From assembly GCA_963715335.1 (NCBI GenBank), contig CAVQRZ010000001.1, positions 224,001 through 288,000 on the forward strand: DNA of 64,000 nt. Reading direction: 5' to 3'. Below are positions 1 to 9,000 of this stretch, piece after piece (within the stretch, counting starts at the first letter, position 1; each line of letters starts with the position of its first letter). Source of the stretch: an uncultured delta proteobacterium. Lineage in GTDB: Bacteria; Desulfobacterota; Desulfuromonadia; Desulfuromonadales; BM103. The notes below the pieces were generated by a model. That model saw only the letters and a program-made list of their open reading frames with translations, did not search any database and was not told the origin of the DNA. The position numbers were made by a program, and so were the translations under genes.

Positions 1-186
1 AACGGTGTCCTGGTGACCGGTGTCACCCTGGCGATCGGCACGGCGACCTGGATATTCTCTCCCCTGCAGTTCCAGGCCGATATGGGGATATTGCTGACCT
101 TCATGTTCCTGCTGAACATGCTCGGCGCCCTGCTCCTGCTCCCTGCCCTGGCAAGCTGGCTGCTCAGGATCACCAGGCGCAGCTGA
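1..186 (+). CDS. MMPL/RND family transporter, C-terminal fragment (truncated by window)
   Basis: Frame 1 reads NGVLVTGVTLAIGTATWIFSPLQFQADMGILLTFMFLLNMLGALLLLPALASW...stop; typical MMPL final helices. Confidence 0.8.
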   Translation, partial: NGVLVTGVTLAIGTATWIFSPLQFQADMGILLTFMFLLNMLGALLLLPALASWLLRITRRS

Positions 187-2133
187 TTGAAATGTTTTTA
201 CTTTGACCGGATGGAACGGATGACCCCTACAAGCGGCTGGCAACCTCATGCAGAATCGGTGATTGCCGCGATCATGGATACCTGTCGCAGGTTCGCCGAA
301 CGACCGGCTTTCATCTACCGGGTCGGCAACCAGGAACTGACTGTCGATTATGCCAAGCTGCGGGAGGACGTCATCCTCCTGGCCAGGGCTTTTGAAGATC
401 GGAAAATCACTCGCGGCAGCCGCGTCCTGCTGCTCTCAGATAACCGTTACGCCTGGATCGTCACCGACCTTGCACTCATGGCCCTCGGTGCCGTCAGCAT
501 TCCCCGCGGCAGTGAAACACCGACCCAGGAGCTTGAATACATCCTCGATCATGCCGAGTGCGCATTCATAGTCATCGAAACTGACATACTGCTTAACCGT
601 CACCAGGACATGCTCAGCGCCCGCAAGGAGATAAAAACCGTCTTCCTGGTCGAAGGCAGCGACAAACACACCTTGTTCAGCCGCATCTACGCCTACAATG
701 ATATCCTCAAGAATCGTACCCTGAGCCATGAAGATTTCGACCGCTTTGACCGTATGGTGTCAGAGATAACACAACACGATCTGGTCACGATTATTTACAC
801 TTCGGGAACAACCGGCAATCCCAAGGGAGTGATGCTGAGCCACCGGAACATCCTGTTCAATACCGAGACCCTGCCACCGATAGTTGCCCTGTCGGAACAG
901 GATCTCTGGGTCTCCATTCTGCCAAGCTGGCATATTTTCGAAAGGGCCCTGGAACTGCTCGCGCTGAGCTGCGGCAGCTGCATTGTCTACTCCAACCTGA
1001 AGACCTTCGCCAATGACCTGGTAAACTACCGGCCGACCCTGGTGGCAACCGTGCCGAGGCTTTGGGAGTCCCTCTACAACAAGGTCATTGCGACCGTCGC
1101 GCAACGTGGCAGACGTGCCCGGACTGTCTTCAACCTGTTGATCAGGATTTCAGTTCGTTATCGCCGCGCGCAACGTCAGCTGCGTGGTCACCTGCCGCGC
1201 TTTTCGGAGCTCAGCCGGACGGCCCGGTTCGCTGAAAAGCTTCAGGCTCTTATCTTGCTGGCATTATTGTTTCTCCCCTTCATGCTGGCACAGAAGAAAC
1301 TGGCCCCGTTAAATGAGAAGTTCGGTGGCCGACTGAGGATGGCCGTGAGCGGCGGTGGAACACTCCCCGGTTACCTGGAAAACTGGATCGATGCGATCGG
1401 CATCCGCATTGCCAACGCCTACGGCATGACTGAATGCGCCCCGGCTATCGCCGGGCGCGGTTACAACAGCGAGATCTACGGCACCCTGGGTCGGCCGATT
1501 GCCGTGACTGAACTTCGCCTGGTCGATGATCATGGCCGGGAGGTTGAGCCGGGAGTAGAGGGAGAAATCGAAGTCCGCGGGCCACAGGTTTTCAGAGGCT
1601 ATTACAATAACGACGAAGAGAATCGCAAAGCCTTTACCGCCGATGGGTTCTTTCGCACCGGGGATCTTGGCAAACAGACGGTTGGCGGCGAACTGATTCT
1701 GACCGGCCGCTCCAAGGAAATCATCGTTCTCGCCAGCGGTGAAAATATTGACCCGTCCCGCATCGAGGGAGCGATCGGCCAGCTGCCTTTCGTCAATGAT
1801 GCTGTGCTGGTTGGCCAGGACCGCAAGGGCCTGGCCGCCCTGATCGTGCCGGATTGGGACAAGTTGAAAGACTTTGTTGCAGAACGCTTCAACCACATAT
1901 CGGAAAAGACCGAAGACCTGCAGATGGACACGGCCCTGCGCGACCGGATCAAAAATGAGATCAACCGGATATTACAGCCGAGAAACGGTTTCAAACCCTA
2001 CGAAAAGTTGCAGAAGATCGATTTTCTTCGCCACGAGTTCAAAGTCGGCGAAGAATTGACCAACACCTTCAAGAAGCGTCGTCACATCATCGAAAGGAAA
2101 TACCGGGAGCTGATTGACCGGTTATTTAAATAA
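187..2133 (+). CDS. Long-chain fatty acid-CoA ligase (AMP-binding); true start probably ATG at 211 or 220
   Basis: YTSGTTGNPKG, AYGMTE, FRTGDLG, GRSKE...SGENI motifs. Confidence 0.9.
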   Translation: MKCFYFDRMERMTPTSGWQPHAESVIAAIMDTCRRFAERPAFIYRVGNQELTVDYAKLREDVILLARAFEDRKITRGSRVLLLSDNRYAWIVTDLALMALGAVSIPRGSETPTQELEYILDHAECAFIVIETDILLNRHQDMLSARKEIKTVFLVEGSDKHTLFSRIYAYNDILKNRTLSHEDFDRFDRMVSEITQHDLVTIIYTSGTTGNPKGVMLSHRNILFNTETLPPIVALSEQDLWVSILPSWHIFERALELLALSCGSCIVYSNLKTFANDLVNYRPTLVATVPRLWESLYNKVIATVAQRGRRARTVFNLLIRISVRYRRAQRQLRGHLPRFSELSRTARFAEKLQALILLALLFLPFMLAQKKLAPLNEKFGGRLRMAVSGGGTLPGYLENWIDAIGIRIANAYGMTECAPAIAGRGYNSEIYGTLGRPIAVTELRLVDDHGREVEPGVEGEIEVRGPQVFRGYYNNDEENRKAFTADGFFRTGDLGKQTVGGELILTGRSKEIIVLASGENIDPSRIEGAIGQLPFVNDAVLVGQDRKGLAALIVPDWDKLKDFVAERFNHISEKTEDLQMDTALRDRIKNEINRILQPRNGFKPYEKLQKIDFLRHEFKVGEELTNTFKKRRHIIERKYRELIDRLFK

Positions 2134-2238
2134 TCGCGTTGCCTGCAGAAGCTGATCGCGAAGACTGTGTTGCTAAAGATCCGAGTCTGATCGTTGACGA
2201 GGACAGGTCAGTCCAATGATCTGACTGATTCGGGTCGA

Positions 2239-3513
2239 TCAGGCGTCATACCACTCACAGAGCGTTCCGAGGTAGCGCGAACCGATCTGTTCGCTCGCCA
2301 GGGTCCGTTTGACCGGCGGCAGCTTCAGGATAACCCCCAGCATTGCCGCCAGGGCACGATGACTCCAGAGCAGCTGGTTATCAAAAATCAGGTTCTGCAG
2401 TTTGCCCCTCTCAATCGCCATCAACACCGCCTTGTGCGTCGAGTTGACCGGGGTGAGCACGCGTTTCTCCCGTGGCGGCAGGGTCAGAGCATTGATCCTG
2501 CAGTTGCGGACACAGACCCCACAGCCCAGGCATAGCTCTTCGTCGATCACCGCCCGTTTGCGTCCCGTGCCATCCGCCTGTTCGGTTTCCAGCGAGATGA
2601 CCCGAACCGGACAGACGTTCAGACAAAGACCGCAGCCGCTGCAATGTTCTGCCACCCTGGCAATGAAATTGCTCGTGTGCACCGGATGCTCGTGACCGAA
2701 ACGCTGTGCGGCTATCATCGCCTCGCAGCAACAGGGGCAGCAGTTACAGATAAAGCTTACGCTATTCTGGACATTTTCACCGAACTGCACCAGGTTCTGC
2801 TCCCACGCCTTATGCAAAAGCTCTTTGCATTCGCTCCGCTCAACCCGCCGGGCAGATTCGCTGCGGATCAGCGACGTCGCAACGGTATTGAACGTCATGC
2901 AGATATCCATTTCGGCATTGCACGCCTTGCCCTGATGCTGGCGCTTGTGTCGACAATAGCAGAGACCGATACCGATATCTTCGGCGGTTTCGATCACCTC
3001 CGTCGCCCTTTCATAGTCAAGGACATGCAGGGCGTGCTCGCTACAGACAGATTCCTCGAGCACAAAAACCCGTCCCAGCTGGGTTTTGCCGGACAAAAAA
3101 AGCTGTCGGATAAAATCGTCTTCGACGGTAATGTACTGCTCGTAGAGTTCACTGAGCAGTTTTTGATCGATATCCCCCCGGGTGCGCATCAGGGCGAATT
3201 CGAAAAAGCCGGCCATGGGCGGCGGGATGACATACTCGGTTTTGTCATTGCCCTTGATGTCAACCAGCAGGGCGCGGCCGGCGAGGCGTTGCAGGGTCTT
3301 TTCCGCCTCGGCAACCGGCACCTTCCAGTTTCTGGCCGCAAGCTCGGCGGTAAACGGTTTGATCGGTAAGCCGGCAACCAGTTCGGCTTCTTCTGTGGAA
3401 AAGAGTAATGCGAGAATCTGGTAAAGCAGTTCGGAGGGCGGCGCCCCCTGCGGGAAAAGATTCAGACGGGTGGTAAGTTTTTCGTAACTCGATCGAGGCG
3501 TGCGATGGGCCAT
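2239..3513 (-). CDS. Cys-rich 4Fe-4S dicluster protein of unknown function
   Basis: CYCRH, ICNCCPCCC, CSGCGLCLNVCP and CLGCGVCVRNC motifs; GGAGG RBS. Confidence 0.85.
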   Translation of the reverse strand: MAHRTPRSSYEKLTTRLNLFPQGAPPSELLYQILALLFSTEEAELVAGLPIKPFTAELAARNWKVPVAEAEKTLQRLAGRALLVDIKGNDKTEYVIPPPMAGFFEFALMRTRGDIDQKLLSELYEQYITVEDDFIRQLFLSGKTQLGRVFVLEESVCSEHALHVLDYERATEVIETAEDIGIGLCYCRHKRQHQGKACNAEMDICMTFNTVATSLIRSESARRVERSECKELLHKAWEQNLVQFGENVQNSVSFICNCCPCCCEAMIAAQRFGHEHPVHTSNFIARVAEHCSGCGLCLNVCPVRVISLETEQADGTGRKRAVIDEELCLGCGVCVRNCRINALTLPPREKRVLTPVNSTHKAVLMAIERGKLQNLIFDNQLLWSHRALAAMLGVILKLPPVKRTLASEQIGSRYLGTLCEWYDA

Positions 3514-3547
3514 CGGGGACCTCCGCCCTGGGATTCATGGAAGAGGG

Positions 3548-4603
3548 TCAGGCTGACATAACGGCGTTCCGCGTGGATTCCTTGACCCGGTACATTGCCT
3601 GGTCGGCGAGACGGATCAGGCCATCTTTCGAATCCGCATCATCGGGGAAAGTGGCAATGCCAAAGCTGGCTGTCAATCGGAAAGAAACATCATGGTCATC
3701 GAGGAAGTCGTATGCGCGGAACAGCTCGCAGAGCTTGGTTGCCAGCGTCACGGCGCCGCGCTTGCCGGTGTTTGGCAGGACGATGACAAACTCGTCACCA
3801 CCGTAACGGGCAGCCTTGCAAATCTTGCGGATGTTGTCCTTGATCAACTTGCCGACTTCGCTGAGGGTGCGGCTGCCCACCATGTGCCCGCAGGTGTCAT
3901 TAACTTTTTTGAAGAAATCGAGGTCTATGAAGATCAGGGACAGCTTGCCACCAAAGCGACGCACCCTCTCTATTTCCTCGTCGATCAGGGTGTGCAGATA
4001 CCGGCCGTTGTAGAGCCCGGTCAAATCGTCAGTGATGACCAGCTCACTGACCCGCATGAAATTACGTGCGTTCTCGATGGCGATCGCCGCGTAATCGGCT
4101 ATGGTGGAAAGAATCTGCAGGTCTGCATCCCTGAAAATCCTTTCATTTGGTCCGTTTACCAGTTCAATAACGCCGAGAATTCGGTCCTTGCTGCGAACCG
4201 GTACGCAGAGAACTGACTGGGTGATAAATGAAGACGCCCTGTCAAACTGATCGGAAAAACGCTCATCTTCATTGACGTCGCCGATCATCAGGGGTTCGCC
4301 ATGCTCGGCGACCCAACCGGCGATGCCATGGCCCGCGGCGACCTTCATTCCCTTGAGCTTTTCCGCCGCCGGAGAAACCGCTATTTCAAAGGTCAGGTCT
4401 CCCGTTTCCTCATCCCGCAGCATCAGCGACCAGGCCTGAGTGTGAAGCAGGCGGCTGACATGATTCATGATCACGGCCAGGATGTCTTTCAGATCGACAG
4501 TCGACGTCAGAGCCTTGCCGATCTCGATCAGAACTTCAAGCTCACGGTTGCGCCGTTCCAGCGTTTTCAATAGATGGACGTCAGTAGACAATGCGATCCC
4601 CAA
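3548..4603 (-). CDS. GAF-GGDEF dinucleotide cyclase with Hypr signature
   Basis: GAF domain, then DDLTGLYN, DLDFFKKVND, GHMVGS, RYGGDEF. Confidence 0.9.
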   Translation of the reverse strand: MGIALSTDVHLLKTLERRNRELEVLIEIGKALTSTVDLKDILAVIMNHVSRLLHTQAWSLMLRDEETGDLTFEIAVSPAAEKLKGMKVAAGHGIAGWVAEHGEPLMIGDVNEDERFSDQFDRASSFITQSVLCVPVRSKDRILGVIELVNGPNERIFRDADLQILSTIADYAAIAIENARNFMRVSELVITDDLTGLYNGRYLHTLIDEEIERVRRFGGKLSLIFIDLDFFKKVNDTCGHMVGSRTLSEVGKLIKDNIRKICKAARYGGDEFVIVLPNTGKRGAVTLATKLCELFRAYDFLDDHDVSFRLTASFGIATFPDDADSKDGLIRLADQAMYRVKESTRNAVMSA

Positions 4604-4780
4604 GTATCGATTGAAATCCGAACTCTATCATTCACAATTAACTGTCGCAATCTAGCATATTTTTCAAGCAAGGTCACGTACTTCGAGCGATAACTCGAAA
4701 CATCGATCCTTCTGCACAAAAAATGCAAAGCTCAATCACTCTGATATACTGGTTTTATTAAAAACAACAAATGGTTAGTC

Positions 4781-5125
4781 ATGACAGACGGATTGCTGGA
4801 AAACATAATTCATCTGGAAAAACAGATTCAGGCCAACGTCGCCGCAGAGCAGGTTCGTGCCGGGCAATGGCAGGAGCATGAACTGGCAGCCCTCGAAAGC
4901 TCGCTGGCCGAAGCACGAGCCGCAACCGGAGAGCAGCGCGCGCAGGTTCTGGCTGAGGAAAAAGCCGAGCTTCTGGGCGAAGGGGCGGACATCGAGGCTG
5001 CCGCAACAGATTGGTGCCAACGTCTGGCAAAGCTGGACGACGCGGCGTTAGCAGAAGTTTTGAAGCGGCATCTGGCAGGGGTACTGCCGGGGGGTGATTA
5101 TGATCATCCGCATGGCCAAAGTTGA
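4781..5125 (+). CDS. Probable V/A-ATPase peripheral stalk subunit G/H
   Basis: Short helical Ala/Glu-rich ORF first in operon, overlapping subunit I. Confidence 0.55.
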   Translation: MTDGLLENIIHLEKQIQANVAAEQVRAGQWQEHELAALESSLAEARAATGEQRAQVLAEEKAELLGEGADIEAAATDWCQRLAKLDDAALAEVLKRHLAGVLPGGDYDHPHGQS

Positions 5126-6986
5126 GATCGTCGGCCCCAAACAGGACCTTTTGAACACCCTTGACCTCCTCCATAACCGGGGGATCTTCCAGCCTGACCC
5201 GCAGCTCATGGAGCAGGTCGTGCTGGCCGAAGATGATCGACTGCAGAGCCTGGTCCTCGATGAGAATGAACTGCGTGAGCGCAGTTTTTTTCAGGGTCTG
5301 CAGGAGCGCGTCAGCAGTCTCCTGGAACTTCTCCCGGAAGTCGGCAACGGCAGCTCGTCATTGCAGCCCTTGCCGGTCATGGCCCTGCTCGATGAACTCG
5401 TCGATCAACATCTTGCCACGGTCCGGGACCAGGTCGAGATACTCAATGAATGTCGCAGAAATGCCGAAGACCTCCAGCACGACCTGAGTTTCTGGGAAGC
5501 CCTCGAACCGTTACTGGAAGATCTGCCGAAAAATTCCAACCTGGAGCTTTTCGGGGTGACGATTCGCGATGCCCGCCAGCTGCATAATCTGGAGAGCCTG
5601 CTGCAGGAGCGCACCCGGGGGAGGTGTCATATCAGCAGCACCGCGACTGCGGACGGCACTCTGATCGGACTGATTGCGACGGATAGAGGGACGGCTGACA
5701 ACCTGCGTGAGGCCCTTACTGCGGAAAGAGTCCCGGAGCTTCCCATTCCTGAAGAGCTTGCCGGCCTGCCCCTGGCGCAGCGCATCGCGGCACTGCATGA
5801 CCAGGTGAAGACACAACTGGGCAAATGCAACCAGCTCGAGGGACGGCTGATGGAAATGTCACGCCGCTGGCGGCCAATATACCGTCAGGCCCTGGCCTGG
5901 CTCGAAGAACGACTGGCCCTTTACCGTGCCACGGCGACAGCTTACACCACCCGGCTCTGCTTCATCGTCCAGGGCTGGATGGCCAATGATGAAGTCGACA
6001 GCCTGCATGACGATCTGAATCGTTCTTTTGCCGGCCGGGTTGTGCTTGAGCAACAGTCGATCCTCGAGGAAGATCTCGACCAGGTCCCGGTTATGTTGCG
6101 CAACCCCGGCTATTTTGCGCCGTTTGAAATCCTGTCGCGCCTGCTGCCCTTGCCGAAATATTCATCCTACGACCCGACCCCCCTGATCGGCCTGTTCTTC
6201 CCTGTCCTGTTCGGCATGATCCTGGGCGACATCGGCTACGGCACGATCCTGATACTGCTGGCATTCTTTCTGGCCAGGCACTTTCCTGCCCATACGCTGG
6301 CCAGTGATCTTGGCAAAGTTCTGGGGATTGCCGCTCTTTACACGCTGGTTTTCGGGGTTCTTTACGGTGAATTTTTCGGCGACCTCGGCGAAACCTGGCT
6401 GGGCTTGCATCCGGTCTGGTTCGATCGCGGCAAGGCCGTGGTACCGATGATCGTCTTTTCGCTGACGGTCGGCGTTGTACACATCCTGCTCGGCATAACC
6501 CTTGGAGCACTGACGGAGCTGCGCCGTCACCAGCCACGCAAGGCGCTGCTCAAGTTGGCCATGCTGGTTGCCGTGATCCTGATAGTTTTGGCACTGGTCG
6601 GTTGGTTCTACCCGCAATCCTGGCTGTCCACCGGACCCCTGCTGATCGGCGTAGGCATCCTGATGCCGGTTCTGATCGCTGCAGAGGGATTGCTGGCGCC
6701 ACTTGAACTGCTTAAAACCATGGGCAATATCATTTCCTACGTCCGGATCATGGCGATCGGCTTCAGCTCGATTCTGCTCGCCATGGTTGCCAACCGACTG
6801 GGCGGCATGACCGGCGACATCATGGTTGGCATCCTGGTTGGCGGGACCCTGCACGCGTTCAACCTGCTGCTCGGGGTTTTCGCCCCCACGGTGCATTCGT
6901 TACGTCTGCATTACGTGGAGTTCTTCAGCAAGTTTCTCGACCTGGGTGGACGTCGCTTCGAGCCCTGGCAGAAACGTCGTCCCTGA
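5094..6986 (+). CDS. atpI: V/A-type ATP synthase subunit I (a)
   Basis: DPTP...FGMILGDIGYG, ISYVRIMA (essential Arg), LRLHYVEFFSKF. Confidence 0.93.
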   Translation: MIMIIRMAKVEIVGPKQDLLNTLDLLHNRGIFQPDPQLMEQVVLAEDDRLQSLVLDENELRERSFFQGLQERVSSLLELLPEVGNGSSSLQPLPVMALLDELVDQHLATVRDQVEILNECRRNAEDLQHDLSFWEALEPLLEDLPKNSNLELFGVTIRDARQLHNLESLLQERTRGRCHISSTATADGTLIGLIATDRGTADNLREALTAERVPELPIPEELAGLPLAQRIAALHDQVKTQLGKCNQLEGRLMEMSRRWRPIYRQALAWLEERLALYRATATAYTTRLCFIVQGWMANDEVDSLHDDLNRSFAGRVVLEQQSILEEDLDQVPVMLRNPGYFAPFEILSRLLPLPKYSSYDPTPLIGLFFPVLFGMILGDIGYGTILILLAFFLARHFPAHTLASDLGKVLGIAALYTLVFGVLYGEFFGDLGETWLGLHPVWFDRGKAVVPMIVFSLTVGVVHILLGITLGALTELRRHQPRKALLKLAMLVAVILIVLALVGWFYPQSWLSTGPLLIGVGILMPVLIAAEGLLAPLELLKTMGNIISYVRIMAIGFSSILLAMVANRLGGMTGDIMVGILVGGTLHAFNLLLGVFAPTVHSLRLHYVEFFSKFLDLGGRRFEPWQKRRP

Positions 6987-7014
6987 ACAGGCGACATGGC
7001 ACAAGGAGGTGCAC

Positions 7015-7230
7015 ATGGAAAAAGTCTGGATCGCATTTGCCGCCGCACTCGCCGTAGGCATCCCTGCCCTGGCCACGGCTTGGGCGCAGTCGCGGATCGG
7101 CGCTGCAGGAGCCGGTACTCTGGCGGAAAAGCCTGAATTGACCGGCGCAATCATCATCCTGGTCGCCATTCCTGAAACCATGGTGATTCTCGGCTTCGTG
7201 GTCGCCGCAATGATCCTGCTGATGTTGTAG
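7015..7230 (+). CDS. atpK: V/A-type ATP synthase subunit K (c), single hairpin, 71 aa
   Basis: AGGAGG RBS then MEKVW...AQSRIGAAG...IPETMVILG. Confidence 0.92.
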   Translation: MEKVWIAFAAALAVGIPALATAWAQSRIGAAGAGTLAEKPELTGAIIILVAIPETMVILGFVVAAMILLML

Positions 7231-7233
7231 ATC

Positions 7234-7833
7234 ATGGGCGAATCAGAGCTGAAAATGGCCCTGCAGCATGAAGGTGAGGCGCGCGCCCGTGAATACTGGC
7301 AGCAAGCCGAACTGGCTGTCGCAAAACGCCGTCAGGAGATCGAGGCTGAACTTGAGCATCTGCGCGATGAAACCGGGCGTTCACTGCAGGCAGAAGCTGC
7401 AACCCTGCGGAACAAGCTGCTTTTCGAGGCACGGGCGAGAGCCACGGCAGACAGGCTCCGGGCGGAGGCGGCCATGGAGTTGCGCCTGCTGGAGATGGCA
7501 GGCCGGGTTCTGGGTGAAATGATCGACGGTTCCCGCCAGGAGCTGTGGCAAGCCCTTTGCGGTGAGCTGCCGAAATATCGATGGATGAAGGTCAAAGTCC
7601 ATCCGCAAGACCTGGAGCTCGCCCGAGAAGCATTCCCGACTGCAGCGGTTGACTGTGACGAGGCCGTCGGTGGAGGACTGATAGCGAGCGATGCGGAGGG
7701 CACGATCCGCGTCGACAACTCCCTCTCTTGCCGAGTGATGCGGGCCTGGCCAGAGCTTCTGCCGAACCTGATGAAGGATCTTCGCGAACGGGTGGACAAC
7801 GATGCAACTTCTGGCAACGACTCGACCTGCTGA
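7234..7833 (+). CDS. atpE: V/A-type ATP synthase subunit E
   Basis: Coiled-coil N-terminus, C-terminal GGLIASD...IRVDNS; operon position. Confidence 0.85.
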   Translation: MGESELKMALQHEGEARAREYWQQAELAVAKRRQEIEAELEHLRDETGRSLQAEAATLRNKLLFEARARATADRLRAEAAMELRLLEMAGRVLGEMIDGSRQELWQALCGELPKYRWMKVKVHPQDLELAREAFPTAAVDCDEAVGGGLIASDAEGTIRVDNSLSCRVMRAWPELLPNLMKDLRERVDNDATSGNDSTC

Positions 7834-8683
7834 ACTGCCGACAGATGCCCTGCTGGCACGTCTTCGCTGCCGTCGCGCGGCAGTCGACCTGGCCTCCGGG
7901 AGAGACCCCGGGGGCTCTCCGGGAGAGATCGTTGACTGGGTTTACCGGCGGCTCAACAGACAGCTGCGCAAACGTCTTGGCCCGTTCCTCGACCTGCTGG
8001 CCATGCGCAACCTGGTGCTGGTCCTGCGCTATCGCCTGGCTGAAGAAAACCCGCCGGCCTCGCTCCGGCAGAATGCCCTGCTCGCCAAACCGTTGCAGGA
8101 GTTGATCGCGGCAACGGACGCTGAGGCCACTATCGTCCGGCTCGAAGCGGCTCTCGAGAGAGATTATCCGTTTGTCGACGGACTGGCTGCAACCTGGCGC
8201 AGCCAAGGTCCCGGCGGAGTTGAACAACAACTTGCCAGCGGCATCCTGCAACACGGGCTGAACCGTTCGGGCAAGGGCATTGTCAACAGGATTTTAAGCT
8301 ACCAGATCGATATGCGTAATTGCCTGGTCGTCAAGAAGTACTGGCGCTGGCAAGTCAGCCAGACGCCTCAATTGACCGCCGGTGGCGCAATCCCCGTTGA
8401 ACGGCTGGACCGAATCTGGGCAACCCGTGACGAAGGCCGCCTGGCCGCACTGGTCGGAAAATTGGGCGGGATGCCGGTCCGCAATCTGGAGGCTGTCAAC
8501 GTCGAACAGAGCCTGATTAACGGCTTGACACGTCTCTTGCGACAGGCCGGGCGCGACCCGCTCGGGTTGGCCGTGATTATCGAATATCTCTGGAAAACCC
8601 AGCTTGCCGCACAGAACAGATTATTGCGGAGCGTCCTGGCCGATGATCGGCAAGAGTTGCTCGAGGAGGTCCTGATGCTATGA
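7802..8683 (+). CDS. atpC: V/A-type ATP synthase subunit C (d), divergent
   Basis: Position between E and F; YQIDMRN and DPLGLAVIIEYL motifs. Confidence 0.75.
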   Translation: MQLLATTRPAELPTDALLARLRCRRAAVDLASGRDPGGSPGEIVDWVYRRLNRQLRKRLGPFLDLLAMRNLVLVLRYRLAEENPPASLRQNALLAKPLQELIAATDAEATIVRLEAALERDYPFVDGLAATWRSQGPGGVEQQLASGILQHGLNRSGKGIVNRILSYQIDMRNCLVVKKYWRWQVSQTPQLTAGGAIPVERLDRIWATRDEGRLAALVGKLGGMPVRNLEAVNVEQSLINGLTRLLRQAGRDPLGLAVIIEYLWKTQLAAQNRLLRSVLADDRQELLEEVLML

Positions 8684-9000
8684 AGGAGATCCTCTTCATG
8701 ACTCCGGAAGACAGTGCCCCCGGCTTTGCCCTGACCGGTGTCCGCCAGCAGGTTTTGAGCCCGGACCAGGCCCTGGAAAAAATCCAGAGGGCCTTTGCAG
8801 ATCCTGAGATAGGTGTGCTTGCTGCGGACAACCGGCTGCTGGAAAAAATTGATCCGGTCCGGTTGCGCGAGTTGACCGAGCGTTGGGCTGGCGTCCTGGT
8901 CACACTCCCGGCACCGGCCGGCCGGCGCGCGCCACCGGTTGACGAGCTTCAACGCCTGGTGCAGAGGGCTCTCGGCTACCATGTGAGGTTGCAAAAATGA
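8680..9000 (+). CDS. atpF: V/A-type ATP synthase subunit F
   Basis: GFALTGV and LVQRALGY motifs, 106 aa. Confidence 0.88.
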   Translation: MKEILFMTPEDSAPGFALTGVRQQVLSPDQALEKIQRAFADPEIGVLAADNRLLEKIDPVRLRELTERWAGVLVTLPAPAGRRAPPVDELQRLVQRALGYHVRLQK

